Positions 10,330 through 20,557 of a stretch of DNA of 64,000 nucleotides are shown piece after piece. The stretch is from NCBI GenBank assembly GCA_963422735.1, contig OY730476.1:4864001-4928000 (forward strand). Direction: 5' to 3'. Numbering within the stretch: the first letter of the stretch is position 1; each line of letters starts with the position of its first letter. Made by a program: the position numbers and the translations under genes. Origin of the DNA: Candidatus Latescibacterota bacterium (GTDB taxonomy: Bacteria; Latescibacterota; UBA2968; UBA8231). The notes beneath the pieces are model-generated. The model made no database searches. It was given only the letters and a program-made list of their open reading frames with translations, and was not told where the DNA came from.

Positions 10330-10590
10330 ATGGAAAATTACCGTCGTGCCAAGAAGCAGATTGAGGTATCTGTAGGTGAGTCCGTCCGCATTATCCGCGA
10401 GCTGCAGGAGCTGAGCCAGAATGAACTCGCCCGACGCACTGGCATTCCCCAATCTACTATTTCGGCCATCGAAAACAACCGCATACAGCTTGGGGTTGAG
10501 CGCGCCAAAGTGCTGGCGCAAGCCTTGCAGTGCCCTCCCGCTGTTTTGGTCTTCCCCGGTTGGGAGATCAAACAGAACACAGCCGCCTGA
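10330..10590 (+). CDS. XRE/HTH antitoxin (HigA-like)
   Basis: RELQELSQNELARRTGIPQSTISAIEN HTH; directly downstream of the toxin. Confidence 0.88.
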   Translation: MENYRRAKKQIEVSVGESVRIIRELQELSQNELARRTGIPQSTISAIENNRIQLGVERAKVLAQALQCPPAVLVFPGWEIKQNTAA

Positions 10591-10614
10591 GCGAAAGTCC
10601 GTTCCCACAGATCT

Positions 10615-11247
10615 TCAACGCGGCTCAACGTACTCCAAGCCCAGTAATGACAGACACCTCTGTGCCAGCTCATCCACATTGGCTGCATTTACGCCTACAC
10701 TGACCAGCCCATGCTGCCTAATTGCATCCTTCATTTGCGCGTTGTAGCTCAGGCTGCGTGCCAGAAACTTATCCACCATCCTTTTTTCGCGCTGGGGCTT
10801 CGTTCGATACTGACTTGCAGCGCGAATCCTCTGTTCAAAGACGGCGTCACTTGCCGTAAGCCAAATAGCAGCAAGGTTGGCAACATCTAGAGTCGCCACA
10901 AATTCTGGCCACAGAGCGGATCCCTCCACTATTATCGGCTCCTTAGAGGTATCGGTCGAGATCGCCGCGACGAGCGCCTCAACTTGCGGCCATACATTGA
11001 CCTTGTAGTGATGGAGCACATCCTCAATCAATTCGCGTACCGACAGCGATAGATAGTGCTCGGCTATGTGGTCGGGCACCTGCTCAGGTTCCAGTCTCCA
11101 TGGACGACCGGGGTGGCGGGCGAGTTTGTCCGTGGAGATTTGGCTCCACCCCAGCTTTGCTGCCAGCGCGTCGGCCAGGGTCGATTTTCCGACGTGGGAT
11201 GAACCGCCGATGAGGATCACTCTCAAGTCAGCAGGTGCTTTATGCAT
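10615..11247 (-). CDS. P-loop nucleoside/phosphoglycerate kinase-like protein
   Basis: VILIGGSSHVGKST Walker A, IIVEG. Confidence 0.7.
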   Translation of the reverse strand: MHKAPADLRVILIGGSSHVGKSTLADALAAKLGWSQISTDKLARHPGRPWRLEPEQVPDHIAEHYLSLSVRELIEDVLHHYKVNVWPQVEALVAAISTDTSKEPIIVEGSALWPEFVATLDVANLAAIWLTASDAVFEQRIRAASQYRTKPQREKRMVDKFLARSLSYNAQMKDAIRQHGLVSVGVNAANVDELAQRCLSLLGLEYVEPR

Positions 11248-11617
11248 TCTCGTTGAGGACAGTGATGGTGCAGAAGATCAGGAGGACCGCTATGCCGTAC
11301 TGTAGGGTCAGGAGCAGAATCAGGACCTCCACCATGACGGCGCCTAGCACCGTCGCCGCAGTACTCAACAGCACCGACTCGCTCAGAAGTTGGCCAATGA
11401 GCTGGCCGCGATGAGTGCCAAGGGTTTTGCGGACACCGATCTCGTGGGTCCGCCGCCCCGCTCGCGCCGTCGCTAAGTTCACGTGGTTGACCCCGGCGAT
11501 AGTCAGAATTACCACGGCTAAGATGGGGCACAGTGCCAAGTACATGGGGTTGCTACCCGGACCGAGGTTGTTGGGCACTTCCGCCTCGAAGCGGATCGCT
11601 TCGAGGGGCTGTAGCAT
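11240..11617 (-). pseudogene. MacB/FtsX-family ABC permease internal fragment
   Basis: LQPLEAI..., IAGVNHVNLATARAGRRTHEIGVRKTLG..RGQLIGQLLSES; both ends missing. Confidence 0.8.
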
Positions 11618-11629
11618 GTAGGAAGAATC

Positions 11630-11653
11630 GGGCGGTTCGCGAACCGCCCCTAC
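11630..11653 (-). repeat. GTAG-type REP-like palindrome
   Basis: Minus strand GTAG-GGGCGGTTCGCGAACCGCCC, a perfect 20-bp palindrome preceded by GTAG. Confidence 0.7.
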
Positions 11654-11686
11654 CATGGTGCGCCGCTTGTCGGCTTGGTTTGCCGC

Positions 11687-12418
11687 TTACGCTTCTTGGA
11701 CCCGCTCGATGTTCTCGCTCACGATCCTGCCGTCAAACAGGTGAATGATCCGGTGTGCAAAGTCGGCGTAGGCCGGCGAGTGCGTCACCATCACCACCGT
11801 CGTGCCGTTGCGGTTCATCTCGGTGAGCATCTCCATGACCTCGTCGCCGTGACGCGAGTCGAGGTTGCCGGTCGGCTCATCCGCCAGCACCAGCTTCGGC
11901 TCCGAGACCAAGGCCCGCGCCACGGCCACGCGCTGCTGCTGGCCGCCGGAAAGCTGGAGCGGGAAGTGCTTCTCGCGGTGGGTGATCTGCATGTGGTCGA
12001 GGATCGACCGCACCCGCTGCTTGCGCTCCTTGACCGGAATGCCCATGTAGAGCAGGGGTAGCTCGACGTTCTCGTGGACCGTCAATTCGTTGATCAAGTT
12101 GAACGACTGGAAGACAAAGCCAATCGTCCCCTTGCGCAGGTTCGCCCGCAGGCGCTCCGAGTAGGTGGCCACCTCCTCATCGAGCAGGTAGTATGCCCCC
12201 TCGGTCGGGTTGTCGAGCAGGCCGAGCAGATTGAGCAGCGTTGACTTGCCGCAGCCCGACGGCCCCATAATGGCGGCAAATTCGCCTTCGGCGATTTCTA
12301 GGTTGACGTTGTCCAAGGCGGTCGTCTCCACCGCCTCGGTCGTGTACAGCTTGCACAGTCCGACGGTGCGGATCAGGGGTGCCCGGCCGTTTTCAGCGTT
12401 CGATGGGTGCTCAGTCAT
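11687..12418 (-). CDS. ABC ATP-binding protein (MacB/LolD type)
   Basis: [36 protein letters not shown]. Confidence 0.95.
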   Translation of the reverse strand: MTEHPSNAENGRAPLIRTVGLCKLYTTEAVETTALDNVNLEIAEGEFAAIMGPSGCGKSTLLNLLGLLDNPTEGAYYLLDEEVATYSERLRANLRKGTIGFVFQSFNLINELTVHENVELPLLYMGIPVKERKQRVRSILDHMQITHREKHFPLQLSGGQQQRVAVARALVSEPKLVLADEPTGNLDSRHGDEVMEMLTEMNRNGTTVVMVTHSPAYADFAHRIIHLFDGRIVSENIERVQEA

Positions 12419-12430
12419 GATTTTCGCTCC

Positions 12431-12507
12431 TTAGTTAGTAGTGGTTAGTGGCCCGGTTCTGATCACTGATCACTGGCCACTGGCCACTGGCCACTGGCCA
12501 CTGATCC
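12431..12507. repeat. Heptamer repeat cluster (TAGTGGT / TCACTGA / CCACTGG) in inverted arrangement
   Basis: gtagtggttagtgg...tgatcactgatcactggccactggccactggccactggccactga read directly. Confidence 0.85.
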
Positions 12508-12510
12508 TTG

Positions 12511-13763
12511 CTAGCGCAACACCAACACGTCCATGTTTTCGCCAAAGGTCTCGTAACTCGAAGTAATTACCTGCTCCCCCGGCTCAAGCCCCTCCAGCAC
12601 CTCGTACACGCGGGGATTCTGGCGTCCCAGTGCGATAGAGCGCCGCGTGGCCCGCTCGCCAGCAGCGTCGAGCACATAGGCCCAGTGGCCCCCGGTCGCC
12701 TGATAGAACCCGCCCCGCGTCACTTGCACTGCTTCATCCAGATCGCCCAACTCCAAGCGGACATGCAGGGTTTGACCGCGCCGGATGCCCTCGGGTGATT
12801 CTCCCTCAAACACCAGGTCAACCTCAAAACGGCCCTCCTTTACCTCTGGATAGACCTTGCGGATTACCACGCTGTAGGGCTCGTCGCCGCTCTGGCCGCG
12901 CTGCCCCCGGCCCACGCGGTCAATGTAGTGCTCGTCGATGGCGGCGCGCACCTTGAAGCCGTCGATCCTGTCGATCTGGCCGAGGCGCCCGCCCCTTTGC
13001 TCTCGCCGACTTCCGCTTCTAGCATGGTTAGCTGCCCGGACACCGGGGCCTGCACCGTTAGGTTGTCGAGCCGGCCGCGGACGATTTTTAGATTGCGCTC
13101 CATGCGCTCGACCGCCGAGATGAGCTGCACCACCTTGCTCGCCGCCAGTAGCGAGTCTTGGGTCTGGGTTTCCTCGGTCAGGGCCATGCGGCGGACGCTG
13201 TACTGGTACTCGTCGCGCAGCCGCTCATATTCTTGGCGCGACAGAATGGCTGTCAAATCTTCCGCCGACAGGCTCTCGTAGCGCTCGAAGTTGCGCTTGT
13301 TGATGGCTAGCTGGTACTCGATTTCCATCAGTGCCTTCCGCGAGCGCAGCAGTTCCTGCTCCATGGTCAACCGACCATTGCGCAACGCCTCTCGGCTGCG
13401 CTCGAGTTCGGCTTCCTGTTGCAGGACGGTCAGCTCCAAATCGGGATTGGCCAGGCGCAGCAGCGGATCGCCCTCGGCCACGGCGGCCCCCTCTTCGGCG
13501 AACACCTGCTCTACTTGGCCACTCTCGAGGGCGTCGAGGTACACGGTGTGCAGCGGCAGCACGGTGCCGCGCACCGAGATGTACTCCTGAAACGGGCCGA
13601 ACTCGACCGTCGAGATCGCCAACCGGTCGCGCTCCACATTCAGCTTGCGCACCCCGAAATCCGCCAGCAGGGCGTATCCGCACAGCCCGCCCAACAGCAA
13701 AGCAGCCGCTCCTAGGGCGATGCGCTTGGGCGTGAATCGCGGCTTTTTGATTTTGCGGTCCAT
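12511..13763 (-). pseudogene. HlyD/MFP efflux periplasmic adaptor, frameshifted near 12990
   Basis: MDRKIKK..., APVSGQL; frame switches from GESKGAG to GRLGQIDRIDGFKVRAAIDEHY. Confidence 0.88.
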
Positions 13764-13890
13764 GCCAACTCCGCCGCCGGGACGGGTGCCATCGGGGCTG
13801 GGTTCGGGGGGGTGCTCTTTGGAGAGAACTTGGATGTTTGCGGGCATGATTACTTATGGCCTTGTCTTGTTATGGCCTTATCTCCGAAAT

Positions 13891-13906
13891 AGCAAGAGAT
13901 ATGCCA
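13891..13906 (-). promoter_or_regulatory. Sigma54 -24/-12 promoter for the hlyD-ABC operon
   Basis: Minus strand TGGCATATCTCTTGCT (GG-N10-GC). Confidence 0.85.
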
Positions 13907-13972
13907 CATTTTATAGGCTATTGAAAAACAATAAGATGAGTTAAATCAGCCTCTTGGCCGACCCAAGATAGT

Positions 13973-14010
13973 TGTCCGCTGGTGATACAGGGGTGTCCGC
14001 TGGCGATACA
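13973..14010. promoter_or_regulatory. Tandem enhancer (bEBP UAS) sites
   Basis: TGTCCGCTGGTGATACA (13973) and TGTCCGCTGGCGATACA (13994), 21 bp apart, about 70-100 bp upstream of the sigma54 site. Confidence 0.75.
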
Positions 14011-14368
14011 CTTAGGGAGCGGCTTTCTTTTGATGGGTCGGGTCTTCAAATACGCGCTTGCCGGCATAATAACGGCTCGCGGGGCCGATATGGACGGGAC
14101 ACCAATAGCCGTGCCGGATATGTGCCCGCGTGGATCGGCCCAACCAAAATCCGCTAGGGTGCATCTACTTTCTTTAATCTTATGATCTGATGTTACGCAT
14201 TGTCCGGCCAGCGAGCTAGGCACTGGCCGCTATAGAGATGCTAGCGTTGTCCTTGCCTGTAGCAGAAGCGGAGTCGAAGCATCTTATACCTAGGTGCCCG
14301 TGCGTAACGTCAGTTGTGATTCATAGCGACCAATCTGGCAAACTGCGGCACCACTCGTCTAGCCCGCA

Positions 14369-15670
14369 CTATACTGGCAGGACCTCGTTCCTTGGCATCC
14401 TCGTCCATTCTTCGCCCTGTAACTCCATAGCGTGCTCCATGCCTTGGATTATATTGTCCTCAATAGAGCAATACGTCCAAGCGCCATAGCGGCCGATGCT
14501 GCTGACGCCGAAGTGCCCCAACTCGCTCCTCTGCCTAGCGGATTCTCGTTGCGCCAAAGGGGTTATATGGACGTACGCCGGTGCCATGACCACCGAATGC
14601 CAATCTACTAATTGGTGCCCTCTGATTATACCGCACCCCTCCAATTCGCTTAGTACCCGGTCTAGCGTCCTCTTCACTACCGGCTCGTCAACGCGGGCCG
14701 CCATAGGCAATCCTATCTCCACATAGAGGCTCATCTTGTCGGAGGCGAAAAGATTGTCGTAGAAACCAACCCGATAAAAGGAAAGATCGACTTGCGGGAA
14801 ATACACCCAATGAATGCCCTCCCGGCCCTTGCAGTCGAAGCCCAAGTTAAAAACCAGTACCTTGCCGCAGGTATAAGCCTCCGGGTCGTAGTCCCGACCG
14901 CAGACATCGAGGAACCGGGGTAGCGGGATTGTGTTGACCAACCTGCCGTAGGACAACCTTCTTTTGTTGGTCACTATGGTTTTCTTGGGGATATCGACTT
15001 CTAAAACCTGTTCGTTGACACAGATATTCCCGGCGGGAATCTCCCATGCCAAGGCTTTCACGTACTCAAGGGCCCCGCCCGCCGGGTAGGTGAATTCAGC
15101 ATTGTAACTGGTGTCCTTGCCATGGCTGCGAAAATTCTGGACGATTTCTTCTATACTGACATGGGGAAAGAATCTTCCCATCGCCTCGGGGTCCAAACGG
15201 TCTAGATCCACCGAATAGACCTTTTCATTGTAGGGGATCAGGAATTTTTCCGCGATCGAGTGCCCGTAATGGGCGATGAGCATGTCCTTGAAGGTGTGTA
15301 CAGCGCGATTCTCGCGGAAAAACAGGTCGTACAGACACGCTAGGCAATCTGCCTTTTTGAGCTGATGTATATTCTTTTAGAACGGATAATCCACCAATTG
15401 GTATATATAGCACCGCTTGGACCCTCTGTAGATGCGCTGCGGCTCCATGCGCGAGAAGAGGTATTGCTCGATTTCCTTCCTTTGGAAATGAAAAAAATGG
15501 CCGGAGTAGTCCCAAGTATAGCCATTGCGCCGAATCGTTTTGCAGTATCCCCCTATTTCCGGCTCCCTCTCGATGATTACGTACGAATCATCGGGGAGCC
15601 AATTCGCCAGTGCCAGTCCAGTAATGCCTCCGCCGATTATCACATAGTCTCTATGCTCTGTATCGCGCAT
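14369..15670 (-). pseudogene. FAD-dependent oxidoreductase (protoporphyrinogen oxidase / UDP-galactopyranose mutase-like) with in-frame TAA at 15377-15379
   Basis: IIGGGITGL, IGGYC, DYSGHFFHF, GRYGAWTYCSIED; both ORFs share a frame and read DYPF*KNIHQL. Confidence 0.85.
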
Positions 15671-15686
15671 AACAGTATCTCTCTTA

Positions 15687-16520
15687 TTAAAAGAATGTGG
15701 ACCTGACCCCCGAAGCGATCCGACGAATGGCGGCGTTTTGATGGGGATCGGTCCTTGCTACTGGGCGGTTCCAGTACGGCGGACAGGAAACGCTCCACTG
15801 ATCGCCATTGCGTCCCTGTCGCTAGCGGCCTTTATTGCGCCTAGTATCGACGTAAACTACTGCGGCATGAACCTCGTCTGTGTTATCGGCAAGCCTACCG
15901 TGCTTTTCCAGATCTTGGAGCAACTGGGATTTCACTCTGTGCCCCAACATATCTACTTCGGGTTCTGTCTCTATCTCTTTGACTAGATCCGCAGTCTTTT
16001 GCCATGCTCGTCCTTGGCGGATCATCCCGACTATCTTGCGTTTGCGGTTCAAGGTCTTGAGATACTTGCCTATGGAATCGACCGGGTCTATCATCCAGAC
16101 CGTCTTGACGAGCGGGCTTTCCTCGGCGAGCCAGATCGCCATATTCGCCCCTAGTCTGCAACCGACTATGGTCAAGCGTGAGGTATCGGTATGGCCGCAT
16201 TCCCGCAGCAGGTAATTGAGGCCAACCTGATAATCCCGGCGCAGTTCATCGAGATTTGCAGACGCTATTTCGCCGCCTGTATTCCCGTGTCCCTGCGGTT
16301 CTACCCGGACAACGGACATCCCCAACTGCGCCATGGCCCGGCACAAATCAACCGACCATGTGTAGCTGGCATAGAATTCGGTTAGCAAGGGATGCAGGTA
16401 GAGTACCGGCCGGCTCTGGACGCAGGGGTCGCTTTTGGACTGGTAGTGCGCGTAGTACAACCGACCATCGAGTACGCCCTGCATCTCTGGGCATTTTTCG
16501 CCCAATTCAACCCTCTGCAT
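15687..16520 (-). pseudogene. Alpha/beta hydrolase resembling exosortase-A-associated hydrolase 2; probable premature TAG at 15822
   Basis: GHGNTGG, GCRLGA elbow with Arg in the nucleophile position; in-frame continuation containing PPYWN to a stop at 15687. Confidence 0.6.
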
Positions 16521-17643
16521 CGCAAACCTCCCAGTACACTTCCTTGTATCTGTCACACATTGCGTTGAAGTTCCAACGGGCGACCCCTTTGCGCGCTCGC
16601 TCTCCCATCTGTTCGAGTCGTCCGCGGTCGGCAAGTAGGCGAACGACTGCCGCCGTTCCTCCTTCTATATCGCCCCGCTCGATCAGAATACCAGCCCTTG
16701 TCTCTTCAATGATTTCAATACACCCATTGACGCGGGTGGACACTACGGGGACGCCCGCAGCCATAGCTTCCAAGACTACAAGGGGAAATCCCTCGTGTGC
16801 CGACATCAGCACAAACGCGTCCATCGCCGCCATGATAGCGGGCACATCGCGCCGCCAACCCAACAGGCGGATGCTCTCTTCCAAGCCCCCGCGGTCTATT
16901 TGGCGTTGAATTTCCTGCCGCAACTCCCCGTCGCCGACCACTATTGCCCTTATACCGGGGATCACGCTCCGGATCCGCTTACACACTTCCACAAAATCCC
17001 CGACCCGTTTGCCGGATTTCATACAACTCACAGTACCGATCACGACACCCTCGACTGGCAGGCCAAGCGCGGCTCTGGCTTGCCTACGAGTCGGCAGCTT
17101 GGCGAACCGACGAGCGTCGAATCCCCCGGAAATCACCCTCACTTTCCCATCCGGCGCGAGACCGTGCTCTATGCAGGTCTTTCTCAACCCTTCCGAAACC
17201 ATGACTTGGGCCACCGACCGCTTTGCGGCCAACCGCTCGCAGACCAGATAGACCTTTTCGACCAGACTCATCGCCGCAACGTCGCAACCTATACCGTGGA
17301 CCGTATGGATGCACGGAATGCGAAGCAACCGCGCAGCTGCTCTGCCGATCAACCCGGCCTTCGGCGTATGGGTATGGACGATGTCCGGTTTGAAACTATT
17401 GAGTAGGTTCATTATCCGTACCAACGCCAAGAGATCTTTGAGAGGCGTTATTTTTCTCCGCAGCGCCGCTACCGTGATTACTTCCACCCCCCGTATTCCT
17501 TGGAGATCTTGCAGCAGCAGTCCGCGCTCGTTGGTTATGACGCAGACTTCCCAATTGGACTGCGCCAACCGGCCGGCCAACTCAATGACTATGCGCTGCG
17601 CCCCGCCAAGCTGTAGTTCGGTTATCATCAAAGCTATTTTCAC
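16507..17643 (-). CDS. GT4 (GT-B) glycosyltransferase
   Basis: GGAQ, PDIVHTHTPKAG, HTVHG, EGFPLVVLEAMAAG. Confidence 0.93.
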   Translation of the reverse strand: MKIALMITELQLGGAQRIVIELAGRLAQSNWEVCVITNERGLLLQDLQGIRGVEVITVAALRRKITPLKDLLALVRIMNLLNSFKPDIVHTHTPKAGLIGRAAARLLRIPCIHTVHGIGCDVAAMSLVEKVYLVCERLAAKRSVAQVMVSEGLRKTCIEHGLAPDGKVRVISGGFDARRFAKLPTRRQARAALGLPVEGVVIGTVSCMKSGKRVGDFVEVCKRIRSVIPGIRAIVVGDGELRQEIQRQIDRGGLEESIRLLGWRRDVPAIMAAMDAFVLMSAHEGFPLVVLEAMAAGVPVVSTRVNGCIEIIEETRAGILIERGDIEGGTAAVVRLLADRGRLEQMGERARKGVARWNFNAMCDRYKEVYWEVCDAEG

Positions 17644-17664
17644 GATTTCTCTCCTGTCATCGGC

Positions 17665-18228
17665 CTAACTATGATGACAGGGCAACCTAGAGAGCCGGTC
17701 GCCTAGGAAAAGCATCAACCCAACCAAGATGCCAGCGCATATCCACGTGTAGCTTTGGGCTTGTCCGAAGACGAGCACGGCCAAGATGCCCAGCAAACCT
17801 GTACCGGCGACGGCGACTAACACCAGTTGGACGCAGGTAAGGCCGACGGCCCTCAACCGATGCGCCAGATGGTCGCGACTCCCCTGCATGATCGGTATTC
17901 CGCGACGCCACCTGCACAGCGAAACTAGCAGCACATCTAGCATGGGCACGGCCAAGACGAGACCGGCTGCAGCCCAGTCTTCTATACGGTTAGTCCCCAC
18001 GCCCAACTTGATGCACAGTACGCCCAGCATGAAACCGAGGAAAAGGCTCCCGCCATCCCCCAAGAACATCCGAGCCCGAGGAAAGTTGAAAAGCAGAAAC
18101 GCAAATGCGGCACCAACAAGCGCGGTGCCAGCCAGCGCAACGGCTACGTTGCCCGCATAAAACCCGAGCAAAGCGATAAACGCGGCGGCAGTGGAGGCAA
18201 CCGAGGCGGCTAGACCATTGGCTACATC
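17665..18228 (-). pseudogene. MraY/WecA-family polyprenyl-phosphate HexNAc-1-phosphate transferase, C-terminal half only
   Basis: DVANGLA, FNFPRARMFLGDGGSLFLGF, DHLAHRL; N-terminal half absent. Confidence 0.82.
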
Positions 18229-18772
18229 AGATTAGGGCTGCGGTTTCATACGCGAGTTGCCAAGCCAATTTGAACGGATTCTCTGCAGATTTGCCAAAAC
18301 CAAGCTCTGGGGCCAATCGCCACGATGCCTGTTGCACTGCAATTCCTTTCGACGAAAAAGTTGCCGCCGTGCGCAACAGATGCAGTGGGTACGTGACGAC
18401 GATCGCTTCTTTCCAGTCCTGGTTGCGGAAAACTCGTTCTAGGGTTCTAGCCTCGCCGTACGTCCCGCCCGGATGTGAGGCTAGAACCGAAACCGTACTG
18501 CCTCGGGGTATGCCAGCGGCCTCTGATTCCCGCAGAGAGGCGAATGCCACTACTTTAGGGGCCATCCCCTGCTCGAAGAGTTCGGCGGCGCAAGCCAACG
18601 CACGGGCGGTCTCTACGCTCGGTCCTCTCGGTACAACTATAGCGTCGGCTCGACCTCCGATGTGCGGTACGTAAAAGGCGCACTGCACGATCCAAGCGGC
18701 GAGTGCCATCAGAATGCCCAAGCTGACAGCCAATAAGCCTATAGCTGCTTTTGTATAATAATTGTATCCCAT
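18227..18772 (-). CDS. YdcF/DUF218 family membrane-anchored protein (possibly 3'-truncated)
   Basis: N-terminal TM, ADAIVV, TYGEA, IVVTYPLHLLR; AAGGAG RBS. Confidence 0.75.
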   Translation of the reverse strand: MGYNYYTKAAIGLLAVSLGILMALAAWIVQCAFYVPHIGGRADAIVVPRGPSVETARALACAAELFEQGMAPKVVAFASLRESEAAGIPRGSTVSVLASHPGGTYGEARTLERVFRNQDWKEAIVVTYPLHLLRTAATFSSKGIAVQQASWRLAPELGFGKSAENPFKLAWQLAYETAALI

Positions 18773-18816
18773 CGCGTATCTCCTTCTCGGTTTAGTTTCC
18801 GACTCTACCCATGCTC

Positions 18817-19623
18817 TTACTTCAACTTCCTGATTGCCCGTACTAACTGCGGGCAACTCCCTTCCAGTTTTTCGGACAACTGGATATGGCGCACCCAAGC
18901 CGACGACACCCAATTGTGCAGCCGGTCCCCTTTTCCCCTCAACTTCGCTGTTGCGCCTTGAAAATCGTCGTGGTCGTACAACTCCCGCCGCTTGAGGAAA
19001 TACGGATCCGACCGATTCGTGTTGGTCCCCGCGACCGTGCCGCACGCCCCGGCATAACCGCACTCGACCACTACGCGCCGTACACGTGCCGTCGCTAGCC
19101 CTCGCGGGTACGCGAAATACCGCACCGCTTTGCCGAGGTGATCCTCAATCCTGCGCTTTGAATCGCCTACTTCGCGGTAAATCCCGGCGAGACCGAGTTG
19201 GGTGAGCATGGCGTGGGTTGCGGTGTGCGAACCAATTTCGACTCCCGCTTCGGACAGGGCCGCAATGTCCCTCCATCCCAGCAACTTCCTTCCTTCCAGC
19301 CGGCACCCGACGAGATCGCTGATGACGAAGACGGTCGCTTTGAATCCGAAACGCTCCAACAGTGGCATGACCTCGGTCAACACGCTCGCATAGCCGTCGT
19401 CGAAAGTGATGGCGATTTCCCGATCAACCGAGTGGTTCCCCCATCTGTAAAGCCTATTCACCGACCTATCGAGTGAAGTGGGGGCATAGCCCAAGCTGCT
19501 AATGGCCTCGAGATGCTCTGCGAACCTCTTCGGTGGCACGCTCAACGGACCGTCTCCGTCCTCTATCGCGTGATAGGTCAGGATAGGGAGGGTTCTGCGT
19601 CTTTGCGTTTTTTCTTTAGGCAT
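18817..19623 (-). CDS. Polysaccharide deacetylase (NodB/CE4)
   Basis: PILTYH, ITFDDG, IGSHTATH, FAYPRG. Confidence 0.92.
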   Translation of the reverse strand: MPKEKTQRRRTLPILTYHAIEDGDGPLSVPPKRFAEHLEAISSLGYAPTSLDRSVNRLYRWGNHSVDREIAITFDDGYASVLTEVMPLLERFGFKATVFVISDLVGCRLEGRKLLGWRDIAALSEAGVEIGSHTATHAMLTQLGLAGIYREVGDSKRRIEDHLGKAVRYFAYPRGLATARVRRVVVECGYAGACGTVAGTNTNRSDPYFLKRRELYDHDDFQGATAKLRGKGDRLHNWVSSAWVRHIQLSEKLEGSCPQLVRAIRKLK

Positions 19624-20485
19624 AGCAGTGATCTGGTTGTGTTGCACTTCGGGTTTTTGTACCGCTTGCTCGTCTGACCGCCGGGCTGGACGCGGAAAGC
19701 CAATCCACCGTCATCTGCACGACCTCCTGTACTTTATCATGCGAACGGTAGGAGTGATCGGTGTCTTCGACTATTCTCGTCTCGTACGATATGCCGCCGA
19801 TAAAGCGGCACAGAGCCTCATAGTCGCGGGCGCACCCGCGGCTGGATGGGTCGCCAGAGGGGTAGATGCCGAGCGCGTGGACGGTTGCGCCGAAGCGATC
19901 TTTGGTCAAGAGGTTTTCGATGGGTATGTGACCGAGACTCTTCTCTTCAGGAGCGTCCACATCCCTCGGACTAGTGAATTGGTTCTTGGCCTCGGCGTAC
20001 AAACCCCAAAACTCCACGACAGCGGCTTTCAGGTACTTGGAGGACCGGCGAATGTCCATGGACCGTTTATCGGCCAGTTCGGTGGGACTCCACATCACTA
20101 ATTTTTGCCAGTTCACCGCCGCCGTTGCAGTACAGTACAGCGCCACCCAAGCACCAAAGCATTGGGCCACGCACGAGACTGCATCGATATTCGCTTCGCT
20201 TTCCAAGAAGCGTGCGCTCTCCACGCAATCGCCAACCGGAGTGAATTTGCCGCCGGCTTCGCTGTTGCCCCGTCCCCCGAAATCGAACCGGAGGCAGTGG
20301 AAGCCGGCACGCGCTAGTTGGCGCGCACCGCACGCGTACATACTATGGTCTCCGAACAGATGATCCGGTTCGCCGGGGACGAAGAGTACGCCGTGCCGCA
20401 AGTCGCGCCCGGGACTGGGCCGGTGCCATACGCCGAGGAGTTGGCTGTTTTCTCCTCGATAGACAACTACTTGCTCGTTGGTCAT
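19616..20485 (-). CDS. Alpha/beta hydrolase resembling exosortase-A-associated hydrolase 1 (Cys at the nucleophile elbow)
   Basis: LGVWHRP, LRFDFGGRGNSE, AQCFGA, DHSY. Confidence 0.72.
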   Translation of the reverse strand: MTNEQVVVYRGENSQLLGVWHRPSPGRDLRHGVLFVPGEPDHLFGDHSMYACGARQLARAGFHCLRFDFGGRGNSEAGGKFTPVGDCVESARFLESEANIDAVSCVAQCFGAWVALYCTATAAVNWQKLVMWSPTELADKRSMDIRRSSKYLKAAVVEFWGLYAEAKNQFTSPRDVDAPEEKSLGHIPIENLLTKDRFGATVHALGIYPSGDPSSRGCARDYEALCRFIGGISYETRIVEDTDHSYRSHDKVQEVVQMTVDWLSASSPAVRRASGTKTRSATQPDHCYA

Positions 20486-20557
20486 GGGTTGCCCCTTTGC
20501 TGAGGTGATTTTTACCGAAAAATTTCCCGTCTTTCTTCGGTCCTCCCCTGGTCTTTC

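Noticed and set aside
10209-15824. Stop-codon recoding (pyrrolysine, selenocysteine or alternative code) for the in-frame stops
   Set aside because: The stops are of mixed type (TAG and TAA), occur in decaying regions, and TAG terminates normal genes here
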